Under the pieces are notes generated by a model, which had not been told where the DNA came from, did no database searches, and saw only the letters and a program-made list of their open reading frames with translations. A stretch of DNA of 63,823 nt, filler included, from Basidiobolus ranarum (taxonomy: Eukaryota), in NCBI GenBank assembly GCA_040143965.1. It is 56 parts of 56 records of this genome, joined end to end, with 100 filler letters (N's around TTAATTAATTAA, not from the genome) between each part and the next. Parts side by side here need not be neighbours in the genome. Positions count along the whole stretch, not along the records: positions 24,067 to 25,109 come from JASJQH010013585.1; positions 25,210 to 26,252 come from JASJQH010013586.1; positions 26,353 to 27,395 come from JASJQH010013587.1; positions 27,496 to 28,538 come from JASJQH010013588.1; positions 28,639 to 29,680 come from JASJQH010013589.1; positions 29,781 to 30,822 come from JASJQH010013590.1; positions 30,923 to 31,963 come from JASJQH010013591.1; positions 32,064 to 33,104 come from JASJQH010013592.1; 48 more parts are not named here. One strand, written 5' to 3'. Position 1 is the stretch's first letter. Each line of letters starts with the position of its first letter. The position numbers were made by a program, and so were the translations under genes. Shown here one piece after another: positions 24,750-38,807 of the stretch.

Positions 24750-25109
24750 TTGTATGGAAGTCATGTTCTTTGAAACATTCCATGAAACCTAACCAATCAT
24801 GTCATCCCAAACATAGTGTATTTCCACCAAGACCTCCTACGGAAGGTCACCTGATCATCCTTACATCATCCCTCTTTGTATTGGTCCTTGTAGTCCCCAA
24901 CACCCCCACTCTTTAACTTGCCACGGTATATTCCCTATTAAGTATATTATGTTTCACCTTGCAATATATATATAAGCCCCATGTATTCCTTGATCAGGCC
25001 TCAGTCTGATCAATGACAGTTATTGATAAAGATTCTTGCCAAAGTATCTTCCTTGTCCAGTCTTGTCTTGTGGTCTACACCCAAGTACTCTCCTGCCTTC
25101 TAGCCTCTT
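24750..25109 (+). mobile_element. Gypsy (chromovirus) LTR fragment with a TATA box near 24969
   Basis: Reverse complement of part of 41466-41994. Confidence 0.85.
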
Positions 25110-25227
25110 NNNNNNNNNNNNNNNNNNNNNNNNNNNNNNNNNNNNNNNNNNNNTTAATTAATTAANNNNNNNNNNNNNNNNNNNNNNNNNNNNNNNNNNN
25201 NNNNNNNNNCTGTAAAGGTTAGAACAT

Positions 25228-25618
25228 GGGGCTCATAACCTATTGGGAAAATATGGGCTGTTTGGAGGAACTTTAGAAAAGTGGAGTTGTGAATAGCTTT
25301 GTGAGATAATTGTTTATTGTCCAGAAATAAAGCATTTATACTTTTTGATGGAAATACAGAGAACTGACACTGGGGTTATGTTCAAAACATCTGTGGGAGT
25401 AAGATGAGCTATCTTTGGGGCAATTTGGATGGGTTTCTAATTTCCAATATAGAATTGCTAATTCTCACATTTTTCACTTATGTATATAATATATGTTCCA
25501 ATTTTCAGCCAAGCGATATTTGACTAAGTAATGTTAACTAACTTATATGTGATATATGAAATAGTTAGGTGTAAAAAGATAGAGATAACAAATTTGATAA
25601 AGATAATAAACTTCAACA
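25228..25618 (-). mobile_element. Copia family B 5' LTR (25241-25618) with half-tRNA-iMet PBS (25228-25240)
   Basis: TGTTGAAG start; followed by GGTTATGAGCCCC, identical to 3979-3991. Confidence 0.9.
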
Positions 25619-26045
25619 ATATTGAGGACAAAAGATCTATTACTGGATATACCTTTCTCTATAGTGAAGCAGCCATATCTTGGAATAGCAAGAAACAACC
25701 AACCATTGCACTTTCAACAACGGAAGCAGAACACATGGCACCATCACATACAACAAAGGAGGCTATGTGGTTAAGGAAACTGTTCAAAGACTTGGGCATT
25801 TCTCAAAGTTAACCCACCATAATTTTAAAGGATAACCAAAGTTGTATTTCTTTGGCTAAAAATCCCAAATTTCATGCTAGAAGTAAGCACATTGACATTC
25901 AACATCACTTTGTTAGGGAAGCTATCAAGAATAAGCATGTCCAACTACAGTACTGTCCAACTGAGAACATGATTGCTGACATCCTTACCAAACCACTACC
26001 CAAGCCAAAATTTGAAGAATTAAGATATAAGTTAGGATTAAGTTA
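25619..26045 (+). pseudogene. Copia RNase H
   Basis: WNSKKQ, KHIDIQHHFVRE, IADILTKPL. Confidence 0.92.
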
Positions 26046-27495
26046 CCCTAACAGAAATTTGAGGATTGTTATTGTAGGAAAACCGTCACAATTTTAATCC
26101 ATTTGGGATTGACCGTTTACTTACCGTCATAAAATTGTCAGGTTAGATTTGATTTTAATCAATTTTTTCAGTTTCAGGAGTGAAATTTCAAGATCTTGCA
26201 AAATAGTTGCAAATGATTGGCTAAAATCTCAGAGAACTATGGATCAACACATNNNNNNNNNNNNNNNNNNNNNNNNNNNNNNNNNNNNNNNNNNNNTTAA
26301 TTAATTAANNNNNNNNNNNNNNNNNNNNNNNNNNNNNNNNNNNNNNNNNNNNCTATACCTAAAACACCACCCTTACATGGGAGGTGTTCTTTTTTCTGCA
26401 ATATCCTTCTCATGCTACAACATGAAAATTTAAAGAAGCCCTCCTATTATTGTTACAAATTCTGATTCTATGAAAGCTGGAGGCTTCATAGAAAAACTAA
26501 TAATAAGCATGGTCACTATACAAAGCCACCAGCTGCTCAAAGCCTGATATATAAAAACAGTAATAAGTGCAATAAATCAACTTTAGTTTTGCCAATTGGG
26601 TCCACTGACCATAATTTGCCTCAAAGTCTTGGTAATACTGCCAAAAGTCAAGATACCCTGGAGTTACCACAGGTATATGACCAGAATGATGTGGTAGAAA
26701 TGCAACTTTGGTTGAACTGGTAAGTCTAGACAACTTTCAGGACTTGCTGCTAGAAATTGAACTTGGTTATTCCAGTACCAATGGTAGTGTATCCAAACTT
26801 GAAGAAGAAGAGGATGGTTTTATTACAGACTCTTGGTGATTGGCAAACTTTAGTCCACTCATAACACTTACTGTAAGGGAAGCAGCTTTAATTATAGAGG
26901 AGTGGAGAGTTCAATCCAATCTTAGCAACCAGGTATTTATTGGTTTTCTTCCATTTTTATCACAGTTGATTGGCAACTGTTGCTTGCCACAGACCTGCTA
27001 CAAGTGGAAAACACTTATTAATTGTATGACCTATAATTCTTCAGTAATTAAACTACCTTCATGTCCAAATGGTGTTTGGCTTTCACCAGTGATCTGAAAA
27101 CCTGAAGTCATGTACTGTTTGCACACAATTGGCAGTCACTAAATCGGATAAACATCTATCTTATGTGGCTTACATACCATTGATTCCCCATTGTAAAGTT
27201 TTAATGAAATCATGCAAATATAAATCATTGATCCAATACCAAAGTACTCACTGTAAAGCTGATGGTATTTCTGATAAACTTGATGGTTATCACTAGCAGA
27301 ATCTAAAAAGTCAAGGTTTTTTTGACAACACCTATGATCATGCATTTGCAATGGCTCTGGATGGTTTCTTACTAAACAAATATACCATTGGTAAGNNNNN
27401 NNNNNNNNNNNNNNNNNNNNNNNNNNNNNNNNNNNNNNNTTAATTAATTAANNNNNNNNNNNNNNNNNNNNNNNNNNNNNNNNNNNNNNNNNNNN

Positions 27496-28538
27496 TGGGG
27501 ATGGAAGGCAGTGGAGAGATTGGCAGACATACCCAAGGTATTGAGAAGACTTTTCCAGAATTTGGAAGCTACCTGAGGTCCTCAGTCAGAGATGATAGGT
27601 TCAGGAAGTCCATGTAGGTGGAAGATGTTTTGAGTTACCAATTTTGCTGTTTGTTTTGCATCAATTGACTTGTTGCAAGGCACAAAGTGGGGCCATCTTT
27701 GTTAGATGGTCAACAATTACCAGAATTGAATCATATTTGACTGACATGGGTAGATCAGTTATGAAATCCAGGGATATGGATTTCCACTGTTGATCAGGAA
27801 TTGAAAGTGGCTGCAGGAGGCCATAGGGCTGATGTCTTGGAGTCTTCACTCAAGCACAAGTATCACAAGTGGAAACATAAGTCTTGACAAATGCAAATAT
27901 TTTGGGCCACCAATAATCCCTGTATGCCAACATATATGATTTGGCAACACCAAAGTGTCCTGCTAGTGGTGAGTCATGTCTTTCCTGCATGATTTTCAGT
28001 CTGGAAGTGTGGTCTGGAATGTAAAGATGCTTCTGATAAAATAAGAGATCATTGATGATAGAGAAATGTTGGTACAGGTTCAAGTTTGAGAGGTCTTTGG
28101 GTGTTTCCTGGGCTTTCTTGATTGATATTGTCAATGGGTCTTCAGATTGGAGTTTGCAGGTATCTTCAAGGAATGTGCTTGAACTAGGAAGAGAAAGTGC
28201 AGTTGCACTGATTTGTAGTTGGTGGGGCTTTAGTAAGGAAGTATTTTGTTGGCCAAAGGCCTCATCCCCTTCTTTAGGCTAATATTCTGCTCAATGCAAT
28301 GAGGCATCAGGCTTTCCTTGCTGGCTACCTGGTCAATATGTAATCACAAAATCAAAACTGGCAAGAAATAATGACCATCTTGCTTGACGATGGTTGAGAA
28401 CTTTGGTTGTACTAAAATACTGAAGACTCTTGTGATCACAATAAACTGTGATTTTGTGATTTGCTCCATTCAAGTATTGTTGCCATTGTTCAAACGCAGC
28501 AATAATTGCTAATAGTTCCTTGTCATAGATGTCATAGT
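27496..28538 (-). pseudogene. Ty3/Gypsy RNase H and integrase N-terminus
   Basis: [18 protein letters not shown]...CDTC zinc finger, [13 protein letters not shown]. Confidence 0.93.
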
Positions 28539-28638
28539 NNNNNNNNNNNNNNNNNNNNNNNNNNNNNNNNNNNNNNNNNNNNTTAATTAATTAANNNNNN
28601 NNNNNNNNNNNNNNNNNNNNNNNNNNNNNNNNNNNNNN

Positions 28639-28897
28639 CTGGCCATGTTCCAACCATGATATACATCAAACTACCAATCATGGATTGATAAGGAAATTTC
28701 CGGCTTTTGTCTGAATCCAAAAATGTCTGATTTGAGCCATTTTTGGTCAGGTTAAGATTTGTTTCCATTGGGGCAGATGCTGGATTACATTCTTCCATTT
28801 TAAACTTCTTTAGTATATCTAGGATATACTTAGACTGGTTTAAAGTTATTGTTTTGGTAGTTCTTTCTATCTTAATTTGGATTCCAACATAGTACGT
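28639..28897 (-). pseudogene. Copia RT fragment, interrupted by an unidentified insertion
   Basis: MEECNPASAPME, YQSMIGSLMY. Confidence 0.85.
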
Positions 28898-30922
28898 TGT
28901 AGTGTTGGAAATATTCCAATCATATCTTGCACGTAATAAGCAGGAAGAATATTATCTATTGCTATCTTAAAATATTTTCAGATCAAGAAAAAGAAAAAGA
29001 GTATTCGATCGCTCATAGTCACATCAATACTTAACTGATTACAGCTATTCAAGCTGCAACCAAAAACTCCGGAATTAAAGCTTTGCAACCATGCAAGATT
29101 CATAAGATTTGATTAAATATTGGTGGAGCTACAATAATTTCAAAATTGCCAACACAAAAATCAACAATAGCATATATTCAGAACACAGGAATTCAGGATC
29201 ACATGATGATCAAAAAATTAGTGCTAACCCTTGAACCAGCCAATGGATTCTCCTCATATTTTGCACAGAGCTGTGACAGTACTTGATGCTGCTGTGTTCT
29301 AAGTTTCAAAGCCACAGCTACTTTATTAGTGATCTTATTAGCACTTTGATGCTAAGCCACCCACTCATAGCATTTATTTCCAGCCACCAATTCATAGCAT
29401 TTATTCTAAGCTGTTTCTTTATACAAGCAACCCTTCCCCCTATTGAAAAAGCTTCTAGCCTTAGCACCATCCAAACTACACCATATTCTTTATCCTTTCC
29501 TTAGCTAGATATTCTACCCTGTATCATAGTAAGATAATAAAGATTCTTATTGCAACTCAACTAGGCTTGACTATTGAAGATTGCAGTAGAGATTCTTTCA
29601 TAGTTATCTTCACTTTTACAGTCATAGAATATATCCAACTCTTAATCAAAGTCTTTGCCAATCTCAAAAGAATTATATCTNNNNNNNNNNNNNNNNNNNN
29701 NNNNNNNNNNNNNNNNNNNNNNNNTTAATTAATTAANNNNNNNNNNNNNNNNNNNNNNNNNNNNNNNNNNNNNNNNNNNNCTGCCAAAAGTCAAGATACT
29801 GTGGAGTTACCACAGTTATATGACCAGAATGATGTAGATCAAAATGCAACTTTGGTCAAACCAGTAAGTCCAGACAACTTTGAGGACTTGCTGCTAGATG
29901 TTGACCTTGGTTATTCCGGTACCAATGGTAGTATATCAGAAGTTGAAGAAGACAACGGTTTTGTTACGGACTCTTTGTTATCAGCAAACATTAGTCCACT
30001 CATAACACTAACAGTAAAGGAAGCAGCTTTGATTATTGAGGAGTGGAGAGTTCAATCCAATCTTAGCAACCAGGTGCTTATTGGTTTTCTTACACTTTTA
30101 CCACAGTTGATTGGCAACTTGTCTTTGCCACAGACCTGGTACAAGTGGAAAGCACTTGTCAATTGTATGACTTATAATCCTTCAGTAATTAAACTGCCTT
30201 CATTTTCAAATGGTTGTTTGGCTTTCACCAGTGATCTGAAAAACCTGAAGTCATGTACTGTTTGCACATGATTGGCATCACTGAATCAGGTTAATATTGT
30301 TCATATTTGGCTTACGTACTGTTGATTCCCCATCTTAAAGTTTTGATGAAATCACCTAAATATACCCTAACAGAAATTTGAGGATTGTTGTTGTAGAAAA
30401 ACCATCACAATTTTAATCCATTTGGGTTGACTGTTTACTTATCGTCATAAAATTGTCAAGGTAGATTTGATTTTAATCAATTTTTTCAGTTTCAGGAGTG
30501 AAATTTCAAGATCTCACAAAATAGTTGCAAATGATTGGCTAAAATCTCAGAGAACTATTGATCAACACATATGAAAAAACATGACTCAAATTTTACACAA
30601 TTACCACTTGAACGCTAATTTGTCACCTTTGAAATCCCTGGTCTCTTTGATATGTTCTCCTGAATATTTTTATAGAGTTCTTCATAACTAAGGTTTAGCT
30701 CATACTCAACACAAGTTTGTGTCAATATCTCCATCAAAGCCCACCATTTTATTAACATTACTGAATCAACGTTCTTCCAGCTATCTGGCAGATACCCTGC
30801 AATATTGTGCCACTCTGTATTANNNNNNNNNNNNNNNNNNNNNNNNNNNNNNNNNNNNNNNNNNNNTTAATTAATTAANNNNNNNNNNNNNNNNNNNNNN
30901 NNNNNNNNNNNNNNNNNNNNNN

Positions 30923-31963
30923 ATAAGGTACAGTAGTTTGTTGCTTAATTCCATGTTTAGAGCAAAAACTAGTAAAGTCTTTAAAGCAGTATTCTCCACC
31001 ATTATCACTCCTTAGTACCCTTATTTTTTGTGCAAATTCTTTCTCTACCATTGCTTTGTTGTGCTTGAATATAGCTAAGGCTTCAAATTTTGATTTGAGA
31101 AAGAATACCCAAGTATATCTTGTCTTGTCGTCAATAAAGGTCATAAAGTACCTTTTCCCACCTAGTGAGACGTTTTTCATGGGCCCACATAGGTCAGAAT
31201 GAATCAGGGAAAAATTCTGAGTGGATTTGAGTGCTCCAGAGCTTGAAAACGGCTGTCTGTAATGTTTTCCATATATGCAACCTTCACGCAGATCCAATTT
31301 AGTGATATTTCCAATTTTCAAGCCTGAAACAAGCTGCTTTTGGATCATTTGGGTCAGTTTTTGTTCCCCCATATGGCCTAATCTTTTATGTCTTGTTTGA
31401 CAACTTATTTCACCAGTTTTGGCCAAGTTTGCATGCTCAGAATGTAATTTGTTGATTTCTAGCATGTATAAGTTTTGAGTTTTGATCCCAGTAGCTAATT
31501 TGGTATTATTCTGATCTGTAATAGTGCATACAGCCTTACTGAATACAAAATTTAATCCTTAAGTTGTTGCTTGGCTTACTGAGAGCAGATTCTTGGCAAT
31601 ATTTGATACATAGAGTACTTCATCTAATTTTGCACAAGGTGTAGCTGAATTTTGGTCTAAATTGAGTACAACTGTGCCCATACCCATTGCATATAGTGCA
31701 AAGTCATCACCTAAGTAGACTTTCCTTGTTTGGATTGGTTTTAAACTGGAAAACAAATCATTCCTGATTGACATATGCTGGGAAGCTCCTGAATCAATGT
31801 ACCACGTTTCTGAGTCCTCATTAGTGGTTACTGATATGGCAGACACAAATATATGATCTCTATCAGTGCTTACTTGATTTGCTTGTTCTGATTTTAGCTT
31901 TTTGGCAAAAATCCTTTTTCTGCAATCTTTGATTAAATGGCCTGGTTTCTTGCAATACTTGCA
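30923..31963 (-). pseudogene. Copia zinc knuckle, protease and integrase
   Basis: CKYCKKPGHLIKDC, WYIDSGASQHM, LIHSDLCGP, RSDNGGEY. Confidence 0.93.
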
Positions 31964-32063
31964 NNNNNNNNNNNNNNNNNNNNNNNNNNNNNNNNNNNNN
32001 NNNNNNNTTAATTAATTAANNNNNNNNNNNNNNNNNNNNNNNNNNNNNNNNNNNNNNNNNNNN

Positions 32064-33104
32064 GTTCTGATCCTTTTCTCCCAAAGCTAAATAATTCCCA
32101 TTTTGATCAGTGATGGTGCATCCTGACTTATCAAAATTGAATTTTAGCCCTTCTGAGGTGGCCTTGCATACAGATATTAAATTCTTGGCAAACCAATGTT
32201 TTTCATTTGTGAAATGTTGGGAAGCTCCAGAATCAATATACCACATCTGAGAATCCTTGTTGGTAGTCATAGATAGAGCAGATATGAACAAGTGATCTTC
32301 TGTTGTAATCACATTTCCAGATTCAGTATGTTTTTCTTCTTTTGCAATTCTTTTAAAGCAATCTTTGCTTAAATAGCCAGTTCTTTTACAGTAATCACAG
32401 AATGTGTTACTTTTCTTCTTAAAGTGCTTTTGACCTTTATAGGAAGGTTTCCCATAGCCTATTAAAGCATTTTCTTCATTCTTTTGGTTGAGTCCTGATT
32501 TGCATAAATCTTCATCCAGAAGTCTGCCAAATACATAATTTAAGGTCAAATTTTCAGTTCTTGATTCTAGAGCCATTACTAGGCTCTGAAACTCATGTGG
32601 CAGGCTATTCAGGACTGTAACTATGATATCTTGATCAGTGGTAGGTACTCCAATGCATTCCATTTCATCCACTAAAATAGTGACTCTATTAATTAGTGAT
32701 TTAATGTCTTCTCCTGGCTTCATCTTTAAGTTAAAAAATTGTCTTCTTAGAAATATCTTGTTGGCAGCAGAACTTGTTTGGTAGGTGTCTTCCAAGGCTT
32801 TCCATACCTTCTTGGCAGTTTTAGCTCTTGAACATTGAATTAGCAATTTGTCTTTAACATTAAGACAAATTGTGTTAAACACACTTTATTCTTATTCAAC
32901 CCGGAGAAAAACTTTGGTTTCAGATACTTTTGCATTGTTTTCTTCTCCTACAACAGTGTCCCAAAGTCCTTTTTCTTGCAGCAGCATTCTCATTTTAATT
33001 TTCCAAACTTGATAATTGGTTCCATCCTATTTTTCAGAAGAAGGAAAAGTTCCATAAATTTGAGAAGTAGACATTACAGAGAGTGCAAGCTTGGGGCTCA
33101 TAAC
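32064..33104 (-). pseudogene. Copia family C gag-protease with half-tRNA PBS at 33093-33104
   Basis: Gag UBN2-like region, CDYCKRTG..SKDC, WYIDSGASQH. Confidence 0.92.
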
Positions 33105-33204
33105 NNNNNNNNNNNNNNNNNNNNNNNNNNNNNNNNNNNNNNNNNNNNTTAATTAATTAANNNNNNNNNNNNNNNNNNNNNNNNNNNNNNNNNNNNNNNN
33201 NNNN

Positions 33205-34245
33205 CAGTAGCAACTCCCATGGATCCAGGTGTGAAACTAGTCAAAAATCCCATCCAAAATGATGAAAATTGGCCAAATATGGCTCAAAATATGTCATTTG
33301 AAAGCCCTGAGTTCCCTTATCAATCTATGGTAGGTAGTTTGATCTATGCTATGACTGGAACCTGACCAGATATCTCTTTTGCAGTGGGAGTAGTCAGCCA
33401 ACATGTGCAAAATCCAGGATCTGAGCATTATGCAGCAGTTAAGCGGATTTTCAGATATTTGAAGGGGACAATTGATCTGGGATTAAGATACACATATTCT
33501 TATGAGAATAAGGATCTAATTGGGTTTAGTGATGCAGATTGGGGACATGATATTGAGGACAGAAGATCTATCACTGGATATACCTTTCTCTATAGTGAAG
33601 CAGCCATATCTTGGAATAGCAAGAAACAACCCACCGTAGCACTTTCAACAACTGAAGCAGAGTACATGGCAGCATCACATACAACAAAGGAGGCTATGTG
33701 GTTAAGGAAACTGCTCAAAGACTTGGGCATTATTCAAAGTTCACCCACCATAATTTTCAAGGATAATCAAAGTTGTATTTCTTTAGCTAAAAATCCCAAA
33801 TTTCATGCTAGAAGTAAGCACATTGATATTCAACATCACTTTGTTAGGGAAGCTATTGAGAATAAGCACATCCAACTACAGTACTGTCCAACTGAGGACA
33901 TGATTGCTGACATCCTTACCAAACCATTACCCAAGCCTAAATTTGAAGAATTAAGATTTAAGTTAGAATTAAGATACATGAATATTTAGTTGAGTGGGAG
34001 TGTTGAAGTTTATTATCTTTATCATATTTATTATCTCTATCTTTATACACCTAACTATTTCATATATCACATATAAGTTAGTTAACATTACTTAGTCAAA
34101 TATCACTTAGCTGAAAATCGGAACATATATTATATATATATGTAAATAATGTGAGAATTAGCAATTCCATATTGGAAATTTCAAACTCGTCCAAATTGCC
34201 CCAAAAGTAGCTCATTTTACTCCCACAGATGTTCTGAACATACCC
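33205..34245 (+). mobile_element. Copia family B 3' end: RT/RNase H (stop at 33989), PPT (33991-34000), 3' LTR from 34001; paralogs 43465-44258(+) and 52568-53604(-)
   Basis: [33 protein letters not shown] directly before TGTTGAAG. Confidence 0.95.
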
Positions 34246-35486
34246 NNNNNNNNNNNNNNNNNNNNNNNNNNNNNNNNNNNNNNNNNNNNTTAATTAATTA
34301 ANNNNNNNNNNNNNNNNNNNNNNNNNNNNNNNNNNNNNNNNNNNNATTGACTGTGGTAAAAGTGTAAGAAAACCAATAAACACCTGGTTGCTATGATTGG
34401 ATTGAATCTCCACTCCTCAATAATTAAAGCTGCTTCCTTTACTGTAAGTGTTATGAGTGGACTAATGCTTGCCAATAACAAAGAGTCCATAACAAAACCA
34501 TCATCTTCTTCTTCAACTTCTGATATACTACCATCAGTACTGGAATAACCAAGGTCAACATCTAGCAGCATGTCCTCAAAGTTGTCTGGACTTACTGGCT
34601 TGACCAAAGTTGCATTTCTGTCCACATCATTCTGGTCATATAACTGTAGTAACTCCATGGTATATTGACTTTTGGCAGTGTTACTGAAACTTTGAGGCAA
34701 AGTACAGTCAGTGGACTCAGTGGGCAAAACTAAAGTTGATTTTGTGCACTTATTACTGTTGATATTCACCAGGCCTTGTGCAGCTGGTGGCTTTGTACAG
34801 TAACTGTGCTTGTGAGTATTTTTTCTATGAAGCCTCCAGCTTTCATAGTGCAAGAATATGTGACAATAATAGCAGGGCTTCTTTAAACATTTATGTTGCA
34901 GCATGAGAAGGATGTTGTAGAAAAAGGAATACCTGCTATGTAAGGGTGGTATTTTAGGTATAGCCCATCAATATCATCAGCTGATTCTGAGACAGTGTCA
35001 CAGATGAGTCATCAGAGGATTTTCAAGATATTTCCAGTAATGGATGGCAATCTTGGTTTATTGTAAGCTGTTTCTAAGCAATTTCATTCCACCAAGTTTG
35101 CCATCTGAAAATTTCAATGCTATTCAAAAAGCATTCAAAATCTAAGTCAAAGTTGGCTTCCAAGCCAAAGCCTGCTGGTGCAAAAGGAAAAAAACCAGCA
35201 AGAACAGAGGACTTGATTGATGGGCAGTCTAGCAATCCACTCTCCACTTTGGAAGGCATAAACATGCAAGAAACTAACTCAATTAAAGATGAAGCATTAA
35301 TCAATTTACCAGCTGTGTTCCTTTCCAGCAATAGGGCAAGTGAAGAGATTGTAATCACTCTATTATAGAGTACATCGATAGTTGAGNNNNNNNNNNNNNN
35401 NNNNNNNNNNNNNNNNNNNNNNNNNNNNNNTTAATTAATTAANNNNNNNNNNNNNNNNNNNNNNNNNNNNNNNNNNNNNNNNNNNN

Positions 35487-36527
35487 TTACTCCCTGAGGT
35501 GTTCTGAACACAACCCCTGTGTTAGTTTTCTGTATTTCCACCAAAATATATAAATGCTTTATTTCTGGACAATGAATAATTATCTCAATGCTGTTCACAA
35601 CTCCACTTCTCTAAAGTTCCTCCAAACTGCCCATATTTTCCCAATAGGTTATGAGTACCATGTTTTAATCATCACAGTATGACAGAAACCACTACTACCA
35701 CTTTTATTAAGTCTAATGTTAAAAAGCATCATGGAGAAAACTACAAGTTCTGGAAGTTCAAGATGCAAATCATGCTGGAAGACAGGGAGCTTTGGAATGT
35801 AGTCTCTGGAGATGAAAAGGAACCTTCTAACCCTTCATTATTGGAAGCTTAAAAAAAGAGGCAAGAAGGCCTTTAATATCACTTGTCAAAGTTTGAAGGA
35901 TTCCCAACTTGTGAATTTTAAATATGCAAAGACTTCCCATCATGGTTGGACTATATAGGAAGAATGTTATGAAGCAAAGAGTGTTGCTTATACACTCTTT
36001 CTCAGACAAAAATCTTCAACAAAAACATGGAAAAGTCTAAAAGCATGGTTACAAATATTGCAAATGTGAGATCTTTAGCGAAACAACTGGAAAATATTGG
36101 TGCAACTTTACAAGAAGAAGATGTTATTACGACTCTTCTAAGTAGTCTACTGGAACAGTATTCAAACTTGGTTATGTTGAAGTTCATTGTCTTTATCATA
36201 TTTGTTATCTCTATCTTTATACACCTAACTATTTCATATATCACATATAAGTTAGTTAACATTACTTAGTTGAATATCACTTAGCTGAAAATCGGAACAT
36301 ATATTATATATATATGTGAATAATGTGAGAATTAGCAATTCCATATTAGAAATTTCAAACTCATCCAAATTGTCCCAAAGATAGCTCATTTTACTCCCAC
36401 AGATGTTCTGAACACCACCCCAGTGTTAGTTTTCTGTATTTCCACCAAAATATATAAATGCTTTATTTCTGGACAATAAACAATTATGTCACAAAGCTAT
36501 TCACAACTCCACTTTTCTAAAATTCCT
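35487..36527 (+). mobile_element. Copia family B 5' LTR end, PBS (35647-35655), decayed gag, and a second LTR-B copy from about 36175
   Basis: CCAATA-GGTTATGAG junction; GENYKFWKFKMQIMLEDRELW. Confidence 0.88.
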
Positions 36528-37767
36528 NNNNNNNNNNNNNNNNNNNNNNNNNNNNNNNNNNNNNNNNNNNNTTAATTAATTAANNNNNNNNNNNNNNNNN
36601 NNNNNNNNNNNNNNNNNNNNNNNNNNNATTTAACTGACTGTAGTTTGCCTCAAAGTTTTGGCAACACTGCCAAAAGTCAAGATACCGTGGGGTTACCACA
36701 GTTATATGACCATAATGATGTAGGTCAAAATGCAACTTTGGTCAAACCAGTAAGTCCAGACAACTTTGAGGACTTGCTGCTAGATGTTGACCTTGGATAT
36801 TCTAGTACTAATGGTAGTATATCAGAAGTTGAAGAAGAAGAAAATGGTTTTGTTACAGACTCTTTGTTATCAGCAAACATTAGTCCACTCATAACACTTA
36901 CTGTAAACAAAGCAGCTTTGATTATTGCGGTGTGGAGAGTTCAATCCAATCTTAGCAATCAGGTGTTTGTTAGTTTTCTTACACCTTTACCACAGTTGAT
37001 TGGCCACTGTTGCTTTCCACAGACCTGGTACAGGTGGAAAACACTTGGCAATTGTATGACTTATAATCCTTCAGTAATTAAACTGCCTTCATGTCCAAAT
37101 GATTGTTTGGCTTTCACCAGTGATCTGAAAAACCTGAAGTCAAGTACTGTTTGCAAACAATTGGCAATCACTGAATCAGGTAAATATCATTCATATTCAG
37201 CCTACATACCATTAATTCCCCATCTTAAAGTTTTGATGAAATCACCCAAATATAGATCATTGATCCAATACCAAAGTACCCACTGTCAAGCTAATGGTAT
37301 TACCAATATACTTGATGGATATTACTACCAGAATCTGAAAAGTCAAGGTTTCTTAGAGAAAATGTATGATCATGCATTTGCATTGGCTCTGGATAGTTTC
37401 TGACCAAACAAGTATATCATTGAAAAGGCTTGCTGGCCAAAAATTTTAATCAACTTAAATCTTCCATCTTCTGAATGGTATACAAGTCATAATATTTTGA
37501 TACTATATCTCATATCTGGACCTATATCACCAATGCTTATAGATAGCTTCTTGGAGCCTTTGATTGCAGAATTTGAATGGTTATATAATGGGGTCCAGAT
37601 GGGTGAATATTTTATTAAAGCTAATATCATTGAATGTATTGGTAACACTCCTGACATCAGTAAACTTNNNNNNNNNNNNNNNNNNNNNNNNNNNNNNNNN
37701 NNNNNNNNNNNTTAATTAATTAANNNNNNNNNNNNNNNNNNNNNNNNNNNNNNNNNNNNNNNNNNNN

Positions 37768-37941
37768 GATGCCGAATACAAGGCTGCTCAAGCCCAAGGA
37801 TATGCTCAAGGTGCTGGTGAGAAACTCAAGGGTAATGTCAAGGACACTGTCGGTTCAGCCATCGGCAACGAGCAGATGCAAGCTGAAGGCAAGGTTGGAG
37901 CTACCAAAGGAGGTGCCCGCATGGATGCTAATGCCAACTAA
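37768..37941 (+). CDS. CsbD-like stress protein, 3' part
   Basis: DAEYKAAQAQGYAQGAGEKLKGNVKDTVGSAIGNEQMQAEG...NAN*; CsbD-like G.VK..VG...GNEQ..AEG motif; this frame is not the one in the ORF track. Confidence 0.8.
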   Translation, partial: DAEYKAAQAQGYAQGAGEKLKGNVKDTVGSAIGNEQMQAEGKVGATKGGARMDANAN

Positions 37942-38663
37942 ACCCATGATATCAAGGAAACTTTGAATTCCAGCATTCACATGTAAATAAAACCATGATT
38001 ATTTCTTCTCTAATCGAACATTGGTACAACTACATAATCAAGTAGATATTGAGCCATATTTAACACCAAATATATATGTGTGCTCACGATAAACAAATAG
38101 TAATGAGTCCGCTATGAAGTAAAAAGATCACATACCGGAACCAATTGCTTGTACAAAGATAAGGTCTAGATTCCATGACGTTTGAGATAGCTGAAAACAA
38201 GGCAGTATGGACACTGATTTCTATGCTTACCGACCTCGTAATGTTCACGTCAACAGATGTTATTGATTAACTTAATTAGAAGTGTTGACTAAGCATAACA
38301 ACATCAATGCATTAACCACAGATGGATATCCTTCATATTCTTGATCTACTGATTGGTTGTAAAGAGATAAAGGAGGGAAAATTCATTTATGATTCTGTCC
38401 TACACCTTTCTGCTACGTCATAAAAAAAGTGCCTAAATTGCAATACTATATGAACTATAGATTTATGGTAGATTTCGAACGTTGAGTATCGTCATGATCA
38501 GCTAAAAGGGCTCTTGTGCATGGCATACGTGTTATTTTCAAATCTGGAAGTTGAGCAATTGATAGTTTGGATTTAATTAGTTGTATCTGTATAAAAGATG
38601 TCAAGCAGTTTCTTGGATTTCAATAAATCTCTTCCTTTCACTCACTAACTAAATCAATTCAAC

Positions 38664-38807
38664 ATGGATAAAGTCAACGCTAACGTCAAATACGCTACTG
38701 GTTACGTTCAAGAGACCGCTGGTAATGTTCTCGGTAACGAACAAATGAAGGCCGAAGGAGCAGCCAAGCAAGCTCAAGGTGATGCCGAATACAAGGCCGC
38801 TCAGGCT
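38664..38807 (+). CDS. CsbD-like stress protein, 5' part of the next tandem copy
   Basis: MDKVNANVKYATGYVQETAGNVLGNEQMKAEG; TATAAAA at about 38590; CAACATG start context. Confidence 0.82.

Noticed and set aside
26041-26060. piggyBac assignment for the CCCT terminus
   Set aside because: Flanks are not consistently TTAA across the copies.
29121-29133. TGGTGGAGC as a tRNA-Ala primer-binding site
   Set aside because: Not directly preceded by a clear CA LTR end; TGTAG (28898)...CTACA (29133) could instead be LTR ends; no TSD or second copy to decide.
37769-37966. ORF-track protein MPNTRLLKPK...
   Set aside because: Shadow frame; the frame starting at 37768 encodes the CsbD-like sequence.
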